Virus record (IMG/VR): IMGVR_UViG_3300032218_001448
Span: 1-25,729 of that record
DNA length: 25,729 nucleotides
Direction: 5' to 3' (one strand)
DNA from: a virus
Taxonomy: Duplodnaviria > Caudoviricetes
The position numbers and the translations under genes were made by a program. Shown here one piece after another: positions 1 through 6,384 of this stretch. How positions within the stretch are numbered: position 1 is the stretch's first letter; every line of letters starts with the position of its first letter. The notes beneath the pieces are model-generated. The model made no database searches. It saw only the letters and a list, made by a program, of their open reading frames with translations, and was not told the origin of the DNA.

Positions 1-373
1 ACACACGGTGAAGTTCAACAATGATCTCACCGTGAGTATCAGTGAGCTTGGACGAGATTTGGACTTCTTTAACCTTTCTCGTGGAGAAATGAATCGAGTA
101 ATACTGAGTTTGTCATTAGCTTTCCGCGATGTATGGGAAAGTTTGTATCAGCCTATCAATCTGCTGTTTATTGATGAACTAGTAGACAGCGGCATGGACT
201 CAATAGGCGTAGAAAATAGTTTAGGCATCCTGAAAAAACTAAGTCGCGACTCACATAAATCAATATGGCTAGTGAGTCACAAGGATGAACTCTCAGGAAG
301 AGTCAACAATGTTCTTAGGGTAACCAAAGAAAACGGATATACTTCTTATTGTACATCAGTGGATATAAAATAA
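1..373 (+). CDS. gp46: C-terminal part of gp46/SbcC/Rad50-like recombination endonuclease ATPase subunit (5'-truncated by window)
   Basis: ABC-ATPase C-terminal motifs in order: signature LSRGE, Walker B LLFIDE, D-loop GMD, H-switch LVSH; frame is open back to the window edge, so the GTG at 8 is not the true start. Confidence 0.9.
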   Translation, partial: HTVKFNNDLTVSISELGRDLDFFNLSRGEMNRVILSLSLAFRDVWESLYQPINLLFIDELVDSGMDSIGVENSLGILKKLSRDSHKSIWLVSHKDELSGRVNNVLRVTKENGYTSYCTSVDIK

Positions 374-423
374 ATCATGGCTCAAACACAGGCATAAGTA
401 AATGATACACGGTAAGCACACAC

Positions 424-852
424 ATGACTTGGCTATTTCAAGAAAACATCGTCGAGGAACTGCCCGAGGACTGTGTGGGATTCGTGTATCAAATAACTAA
501 TTTACAATCAGGGCGCAAATACATAGGCAAGAAGCTAAGCAAATTCTCTAAAACATCAATTAAAACAGTAAAACTCAAAAACGGCACCAAAAAGAAAAAA
601 CGCATCAAATCTAAAATACCCTCAGACTGGCAAGACTATTATGGCTCAAATCAAGACCTTCTTAAAGATGTAATCCAACTAGGCAAAGAAAATTTTAAAC
701 GAGAAATAATAAGATATTGTAAATCAAAAGCGGAGTGTAGTTATTTTGAAGCCAAAGAACAATTTGACAGAAGAGTTCTGGAAAGCACTGAATACTACAA
801 TGGTCACATCCAACTTCGCGTCCATGGCTCACATATATTAAACAAAATTTAG
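424..852 (+). CDS. Single-domain GIY-YIG family endonuclease (142 aa)
   Basis: GFVYQITNLQSGRKYIGKK = GIY-(x10)-YIG variant; later YYGS, FKREII, conserved-type Glu (YFEAKEQ) and YYN; Lys-rich insert KTVKLKNGTKKKKRIKSK; no C-terminal NUMOD/HTH module. Confidence 0.85.
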   Translation: MTWLFQENIVEELPEDCVGFVYQITNLQSGRKYIGKKLSKFSKTSIKTVKLKNGTKKKKRIKSKIPSDWQDYYGSNQDLLKDVIQLGKENFKREIIRYCKSKAECSYFEAKEQFDRRVLESTEYYNGHIQLRVHGSHILNKI

Positions 853-1365
853 GCACACATAGACAGTAAGGCTCGCATCGGCTAACTTCGGATGCTCTAG
901 ACCTGGACACATGTATCGCAGGGATGGAAATCTTCTCGCTGTCAGGAGTACTCAATGACTATCCTTAACAGGACGACGACTGGATATGCCTTCATAAACC
1001 AGTTTCATTGTTTGAAAAGAATTCTTAATCAAGGCTAAAAGACGTAGCAGCGATGCTACACGATGTGTATTTAAGACTAGCGTTTGAATATACATCTGCC
1101 GTCAGAAATAAAGACGTGGCTAGAGGTACCGGCTGACCGCCTCGGTAATGCCATAATGCTAGGGTTGTAATCACTCAGATGAAAACTTTTTACTTTGCCC
1201 CTCGGACGGGCAAAGTGTGGCTGCTCCATCTAGATGAACCGTGTAAGACGCCGCGTCGCGGCTACAAGAGTTACTTTATTAAACAGTGACTACGTTAGAA
1301 AACGATGTTTATAAAAAAGAGTTGATGAGCGACAGCGAATCAACAGGTCTGTGTAACAGACCTCC
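853..1365 (+). ncRNA. Candidate large structured non-coding RNA (family not recognised)
   Basis: ~510 nt without a credible ORF in a gene-dense genome; at least 12 stems visible by eye (e.g. GTAGCA-GCGA-TGCTAC 1044-1059 with GNRA loop, ~15-bp stem 1062-1096 with G-U pairs, TACTTTGCCC/GGGCAAAGTG 1191-1217, TCCT-TAAC-AGGA 962-973). G-U wobbles and the GNRA loop work on the + strand. Confidence 0.7.
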
Positions 1366-1371
1366 TTGATA

Positions 1372-1593
1372 TTAAAAAAAAGGCATTCCTGATTTCTTGG
1401 TAGTCTCTAGATTACTTTCTATGATTTTGTGTATTATCTTACGATCTTCATCAGACAATAACATGGCATCATCATATGATATGCTGCCTCGCATATACCA
1501 ACATATTTTTAGAATTTCTTCCTTTAAGGCTTTTGTGTCTCGTTCCATTCGTTCTAAGAAGTGAACGATTTCTTCAGAATTAGTTAGACTCAA
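1372..1593 (-). CDS. Small baseplate-hub/tail assembly protein (gp51-like position); possibly expressed as -1 frameshift extension of upstream gene
   Basis: 73-aa ORF with TTG start overlapping the upstream stop (TTGA); ...ICWYMRGSISYDDAMLLSDEDR... pattern typical of the small partner downstream of phage tail/hub chaperones; adjacent to tape-measure gene. Confidence 0.65.
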   Translation of the reverse strand: MSLTNSEEIVHFLERMERDTKALKEEILKICWYMRGSISYDDAMLLSDEDRKIIHKIIESNLETTKKSGMPFF

Positions 1594-2456
1594 AAGCCTT
1601 TGTCGAAAAAACGTGCGTAATCAAACTCTATGTTTAATTTAAATTCTGCACTACATGCAGTACACAATGTTGATACTGGCTTAATAGCCACTGCATCAGC
1701 AAATTCTTTGATTTTATCTTGAATTAAACGTAGTACAGTGCCGTCAGCGTTGGCATAATACTCTTTGATGAACTGAGGATCAGTAACTTCAACATTACCA
1801 TCTGCAGTAATAGAAGCTGTACAGTTAGTGACATTATCTAGATTAAACTCGATCATTTTTTGTAAATGACTTTCGTATCTTTTCATGCGCACAGATTCTT
1901 CTACATCAGTATCACCTAGCGTCTGAATAAGTCGCTCTTCTTCAAACATGACTGTTCCGGCTTGACTTACTAAGCGATAATTCAGAGGTTTTAACTTGAA
2001 CGCTAATCCGTGTTTGTCCTTGACAACCTCATTATAGTTTGGTGCTTGTATTTTAGTCAGTACTTCTTGTAGATCAACGTCATAATCATGTTCTTCTTTA
2101 CATTCAGGACATTCTGCGCTGACAGACATATACTGTCCGTAACTTGCAATTCTGATAGCTATCAGTGTAGAATCTACGTCAATGCTCGGCATTGCCCATG
2201 CATTTTTGATATTAGGGCAACAGCTTTCTATCACACTTACAACGCTGGTGCCATTGATCAGCGCATCCGGAGTTCTGAGAACTATTTCGTCTTTGGCAGT
2301 CATTGGATAAACTGGAATTTCACCTGTTACAGGAATTTCAATTGCACCGTCTTCCCAAAATTTACCGTTACTAGTGAGTTTTACATATAAAGCTGGTTGT
2401 CTGAAATGTTTAGCTAGCGGATTAACGGCTGTTTGAACTGGTATTGCTTGATTCAT
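1590..2456 (-). CDS. gp26: T4 gp26-like baseplate hub assembly protein (288 aa; start re-called to ATG at 2456)
   Basis: NPLAKHFRQP..Y.KL.S.G, PVYPMTAKDE, D.D..LIAIRIASYG, two CxxC motifs (CPEC, CTAC), C-terminal ..RFF; AGGA Shine-Dalgarno (2468-2471) upstream of MNQAIP..., whereas the track's longer start overlaps the promoter region. Confidence 0.75.
   Translation of the reverse strand: MNQAIPVQTAVNPLAKHFRQPALYVKLTSNGKFWEDGAIEIPVTGEIPVYPMTAKDEIVLRTPDALINGTSVVSVIESCCPNIKNAWAMPSIDVDSTLIAIRIASYGQYMSVSAECPECKEEHDYDVDLQEVLTKIQAPNYNEVVKDKHGLAFKLKPLNYRLVSQAGTVMFEEERLIQTLGDTDVEESVRMKRYESHLQKMIEFNLDNVTNCTASITADGNVEVTDPQFIKEYYANADGTVLRLIQDKIKEFADAVAIKPVSTLCTACSAEFKLNIEFDYARFFDKGF
1605..1611 (-). other. 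Putative -1 ribosomal frameshift slippery heptamer T TTT TTC
   Basis: Minus strand CGT TTT TTC GAC AAA GGC TTT TGA; heptamer is in X XXY YYZ register and the -1 frame (TTT TTT CGA CAA AGG CTT TTG AGT...) is the frame of the 1372-1593 ORF. Confidence 0.6.
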
Positions 2457-2470
2457 GACTGTTTTTTTCC

Positions 2471-2478
2471 TATAAATA
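2471..2478 (+). promoter_or_regulatory. T4-type late promoter TATAAATA (tape-measure gene)
   Basis: Exact gp55 consensus 36 nt upstream of ATG 2515. Confidence 0.8.
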
Positions 2479-2495
2479 GTTGATGCGTACAAATT

Positions 2496-2503
2496 TATTT
2501 ATC
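2496..2503 (-). promoter_or_regulatory. T4-type late promoter variant GATAAATA (gp26-like operon)
   Basis: 7/8 match on minus strand ~40 nt upstream of ATG 2456. Confidence 0.65.
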
Positions 2504-2514
2504 GGTATAAAACT

Positions 2515-5500
2515 ATGACTCCAGAAGAAGTACAAAAGCAATTAGAAGCATTAGCTAAATCTAGTGAGTTTTTGCGTGATATAATTGAACGTACAAGAGA
2601 TGCGTATAAAGGTAGTCTAGGGGAACAAGGAGCAAATCAAAAAGCGCTGGAAGTAGTAACTGCTTCCCTTGGTGGATTTGGTAAAAAAATAAAGAAATCC
2701 AGTGACGATATCCAAGACTCTATATCTAGTCTTAAAGAAAGTTACAAGAATAATGAACTTACAGCTGATGAACTGAGCAGCGAGCTTGATTCACTTCGAC
2801 GAGTGATAGCAAAAACAACGGACCCAATTCAAAAAAATGCGCTGATTCAAGCCAAATCTTCATTAGAATCAGCAAACGCTCTTAATAAAGTTAGAGATAA
2901 TCTCAAAGAAACTTTTGGTAATACCTTAGGCATTGCCGTCACAGGATTTGCCAAGATGATGACCGGAGCTGCTGTTAAAGCGCTCGGTGGCAGTGATGCA
3001 ATGGATGTAGCTGCAGGCTACATGACAAGCCAAATAGATACTGTCAATTCAGCGTATCAGGCAGGTGCATCTGGACTGACAAACATGGGTACCCAGATGG
3101 CCGGAGCAGGCGGCAAAGTAGGTCTACTAGGTGTTGCTGCTACTGCAGTAGGCACAGCAATGGGAGCTTTAAGCAGTCAAGTATCAGAACTAGCTAAAGC
3201 TGGTATAGGTTTTATGATGCAGTCTGCTCGAGGTTTCATGCGTGACTTTGACGCAATGAGTCAAGCAGGTGCTATCTATACTGGCGGTATGGATGCTATG
3301 ATTGACACTGCGGCAGCTGGTGGCATGACTTTAGAACAATTTAGTAAAGCAGTTACAAATAGCAAAGATGCTTTATCTAGCTTGGGTATGGGAGTAGGCG
3401 AAGCTAGTAAAAGATTATCAGGTGCAATGAACGCAGGTGGTAAAACAGCCAGAGACAGCATGTTTGCTTTAGGTATGAGTATGGAAGATCAATCTGAGAT
3501 TTATACCACGGTCATGCAAAGAATGGCTGGTCCAAATCAACGGTTAACTGCTAGTAACGCGGAAGTTGCTGAAGCTGCACAAGCATATGCTCGTGATTTA
3601 AAAACATTACAAGAAATAACTGGCGAAGATGTAAAAGGAAAGCGAGACAAGATACGACAAGAAAATGACACATTAGCATTTCAAATTAAACTGTCTCAAA
3701 TGGATCCTACAAAACGTGCTAATTTAGAAGCTGCTATGGAAGACATGACAGAAAGCCAAAGAAAAGCTCTACGTGAAAACATGATCTATGGAACAGTTAT
3801 TAGTAAAGATATTGCTATTGCTCAAGCTAGCAATGCTGGTATTCGAGATACTAATAAACAAATAGCAGATGCTGCAAAAGATGGTAGTTTAAATGCTGAA
3901 AAAACAAGAAATATTCAAAAATCAAATAGAGCAGCAACTGAAAAAGATGCAAAAAATTCTATTAGTATAGCAATGGGAACAGGTGAAGCTGCAAAAGACG
4001 CATCTAAAGTTATTTTAGAAAATTGGCAATATCAAGAAAAATTTACAAAAGAAGCAGTAGCTGCAGCCGAAGGAGCAATAAAATCACAAACAGACGCCGG
4101 CGCATCAGGCACAGATACAGCAACAAATCTAAAAGAATTGAATCAAAAGTTTGCAACAGACATGCAACAGTTAGCAAAAGATAATCTAGCTTCGTTTGCA
4201 ACAGCTCTTACTACTACATTTAACGACATACAAAAAAGTGTAAAAGCACTAGCTAGCGGTGGTGTAAAAGCAGCAGATCTCATCGATAAGAATATGTTGT
4301 TATTAATAGCAGCTCAAACAGTTCCAGCAATATTAGCGTGGGCTGCTAAATCTCTTTTTGGAAAAAAATCTGCCAAAGAAGTAGCAGGTGGTGTTGCTGG
4401 TGCTGCTGAATCAGCAATCGAAAGTAAAGCAGCAGGTAAAGCAGGTAAAGCATTAGAAGGATTAGAACGTAGTTCTAAAGGATTAACCAAAAGCTCAGGT
4501 GGAGTAATCAGTGGTTTCTTAAAAGGGCTAGGTTCAGGACTTAAAGAATTAGGTAACCCAAGAAATCTACTAGGTATAGCTGCGTTAGTTGGAATCGGTG
4601 CTTCAATGGTTGTTGCATCAGCAGCATTCAAACAATTCTCTGATATATCATGGGAAGGCGTTACTAAAGGTTTGGCAGCTATCGCAGGTGTCGGTGCACT
4701 CGGTGCTCTTGCAGGACTTGTCGGTCCTGCAATCGCGATAGGTGCTGGTGCGTTAGGTCTACTAGGTGTTTCTATAGCAGTACTAGGCGAAGCATTAAAA
4801 GGTTTTCCAACCGGTGGTATAGACATTATCATGACAGGTTTCAAAAAACTTGGTGATATAGTTGCACCGGTGTTCAAAAATATTGGTAAAGTAATAGGCG
4901 ATGTAGTAGGATCCATCAGCAAAACATTTGAACCAGTGATTAAAGTGTTTTCTGATTTATGGGACAGTAGTAAGCAGATATTCAGCGGCTTATGGGATAC
5001 TATTTCTGCACCATTCAAAGGACTTCCAAAAATAATATCAGGTATGTTGGAATCTACCAAACAAACATTTGGTGAACTATGGTCGTTTACCAAAGAAACA
5101 TTCAGCGGCTTATGGGATACTATTTCTGCACCATTTACAGGTTTTCCTAAACTTGTGTCTGATTCAATAGACTCAGCATTAAGTTATGTCGGGGGTCTTT
5201 GGACATCAATCAAAGAAACATTCAGCGGCATAATGGATACTATTTCTATAACATGGATCAACATGCCATTGATCGTTGATGATGCGATAACTTCAGTAAA
5301 AAATTATCTTGGCGGTCTTTGGACATCAATTCAAGAAATATTCAGCGGAATATATGACGCAATTTCTCATCCATTTGATACTCTGTCTACACTTGCATCT
5401 ACTGTGTTTGATAGTGTAAAAAGTGGTGCTAAAGCTGTCGGTGACTTCTTTGGTGAAGTATTCAGTATAGTAGGTTCAGTGATTAGCGGTGTATTTAATA

Positions 5501-6078
5501 CAATAAAAGATGCAATTTCTGGCGCTTGGGATTTCATTAAAAATATAGGCGAACAGATAAAAAATCTATTTGGCGATGTAGCTGCCGGAGCTAAAAAGAT
5601 ATTTGGATTTCTCACAGGCAGCAAAGAAGCAGACCAGCCAACTACTACTGCAGGCAAAGACAATAAAGAATCCTCATCAGAAGCTACAAAATTGTTTTCT
5701 GAGGCAGTTAATAAGTTTAGTATTGCTGTAGATAAAATGGTAGCAAATAATCCATTCGCTAGTATGACTGCTAATCCTGCTACTGGTGGTGATTTTGCAC
5801 GAGTAGATAAACAACAAATAACTAAACAAGATATTCAAGACTTAATCGCCGCAATACAAAAGACTAGCGCACAACCTGCAGCAGGCACTAAAAACGCTGA
5901 TATACTTGATACGATGCGGAGTGGACCTCTAGCTACTGATGCAGCAGATGCTACATCTGCTATGAATAAGATGATGTTAGAACATCTACAAAAACAAAGT
6001 GCAGCACAAGAAGAAATGGTTTATCACTTGAAAGCGCATAAAGATATCAGTAAGAAGATGTTAGATGCATCATGGTAA
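2515..6078 (+). CDS. Tape-measure / baseplate hub (gp29-like role) protein, 1187 aa
   Basis: Long Ala/Gly-rich helical protein, central hydrophobic segments (LLGIAALVGIGASMVVASAAF; GLAAIAGVGALGALAGLVGPAIAIGAGALGLLGVSIAVLG), periodic W/F repeats, divergent from chaperone pair. Confidence 0.8.
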   Translation: MTPEEVQKQLEALAKSSEFLRDIIERTRDAYKGSLGEQGANQKALEVVTASLGGFGKKIKKSSDDIQDSISSLKESYKNNELTADELSSELDSLRRVIAKTTDPIQKNALIQAKSSLESANALNKVRDNLKETFGNTLGIAVTGFAKMMTGAAVKALGGSDAMDVAAGYMTSQIDTVNSAYQAGASGLTNMGTQMAGAGGKVGLLGVAATAVGTAMGALSSQVSELAKAGIGFMMQSARGFMRDFDAMSQAGAIYTGGMDAMIDTAAAGGMTLEQFSKAVTNSKDALSSLGMGVGEASKRLSGAMNAGGKTARDSMFALGMSMEDQSEIYTTVMQRMAGPNQRLTASNAEVAEAAQAYARDLKTLQEITGEDVKGKRDKIRQENDTLAFQIKLSQMDPTKRANLEAAMEDMTESQRKALRENMIYGTVISKDIAIAQASNAGIRDTNKQIADAAKDGSLNAEKTRNIQKSNRAATEKDAKNSISIAMGTGEAAKDASKVILENWQYQEKFTKEAVAAAEGAIKSQTDAGASGTDTATNLKELNQKFATDMQQLAKDNLASFATALTTTFNDIQKSVKALASGGVKAADLIDKNMLLLIAAQTVPAILAWAAKSLFGKKSAKEVAGGVAGAAESAIESKAAGKAGKALEGLERSSKGLTKSSGGVISGFLKGLGSGLKELGNPRNLLGIAALVGIGASMVVASAAFKQFSDISWEGVTKGLAAIAGVGALGALAGLVGPAIAIGAGALGLLGVSIAVLGEALKGFPTGGIDIIMTGFKKLGDIVAPVFKNIGKVIGDVVGSISKTFEPVIKVFSDLWDSSKQIFSGLWDTISAPFKGLPKIISGMLESTKQTFGELWSFTKETFSGLWDTISAPFTGFPKLVSDSIDSALSYVGGLWTSIKETFSGIMDTISITWINMPLIVDDAITSVKNYLGGLWTSIQEIFSGIYDAISHPFDTLSTLASTVFDSVKSGAKAVGDFFGEVFSIVGSVISGVFNTIKDAISGAWDFIKNIGEQIKNLFGDVAAGAKKIFGFLTGSKEADQPTTTAGKDNKESSSEATKLFSEAVNKFSIAVDKMVANNPFASMTANPATGGDFARVDKQQITKQDIQDLIAAIQKTSAQPAAGTKNADILDTMRSGPLATDAADATSAMNKMMLEHLQKQSAAQEEMVYHLKAHKDISKKMLDASW
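4960..5480 (+). repeat. 120-nt (40-aa) tandem repeats within tape-measure gene
   Basis: TTCAGCGG(C/A) recurs at 4981, 5101, 5221, 5341 and degenerate TTCAGT at 5461; TTCAGCGGCTTATGGGATACTATTTCTGCACCATT identical at 4981 and 5101. Confidence 0.9.
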
Positions 6079-6357
6079 TAAAATAAACAAAGAGTCTAAT
6101 TTTATAAAACAGTAAAAAACTAATTTCAGTGTTAAGTTACAGTAATAATCGCTAGTGCGATAGATCTGTTTATAAATCAATGGTTTTTCAAGAAAAAGAA
6201 ACTACCATTGGATATTCATACACTTACTGTAAGACTCGGTTCAACAGACATAAATTTCAAAAACATAAGCTAGTATCAGAAAGATTTGTATAAATTTAAA
6301 TGAATGACAAATTATGCGGTCAGACCAGAAAGGAATAACAAACTACTAGTTAAACCC

Positions 6358-6365
6358 TATAAATA
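6358..6365 (+). promoter_or_regulatory. T4-type late promoter TATAAATA (portal gene)
   Basis: Exact consensus 19 nt upstream of ATG 6385. Confidence 0.8.
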
Positions 6366-6384
6366 AAGGATAAGGTGCAGTTTA

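Noticed and set aside
695-955. 86-aa minus-strand ORF overlapping GIY-YIG gene and RNA
   Set aside because: Antisense to a well-formed gene, no SD or motif; likely spurious.
951-962. Group I intron call for the structured region (CTCAATGACTAT resembles the R/P7 element; adjacent GIY-YIG gene)
   Set aside because: No matching S element (AAGATATAGTC-like) found downstream and the region does not interrupt a recognisable gene; flanking ORFs are convergent and complete. Not fully excluded without a covariance search.
921-1140. RNase P RNA or tmRNA identity (GGAAA at 926-930, ACCGGCTGA at 1128-1136)
   Set aside because: The two P4-like halves do not pair with each other; no tRNA-like GGGG...CCACCA ends or tag frame seen.
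2457-2492. Track's 300-aa start for gp26-like gene
   Set aside because: Non-ATG start overlapping the promoter region; the ATG at 2456 has an SD.
4960-5480. CRISPR-like periodic repeat
   Set aside because: 120-nt in-frame coding repeats with similar intervening sequence; no unique spacers or cas genes.
4314-5663. Long antisense ORFs (259 aa, 98 aa) within tape-measure gene
   Set aside because: Shadow frames produced by codon bias of the Gly/Ala-rich sense gene.
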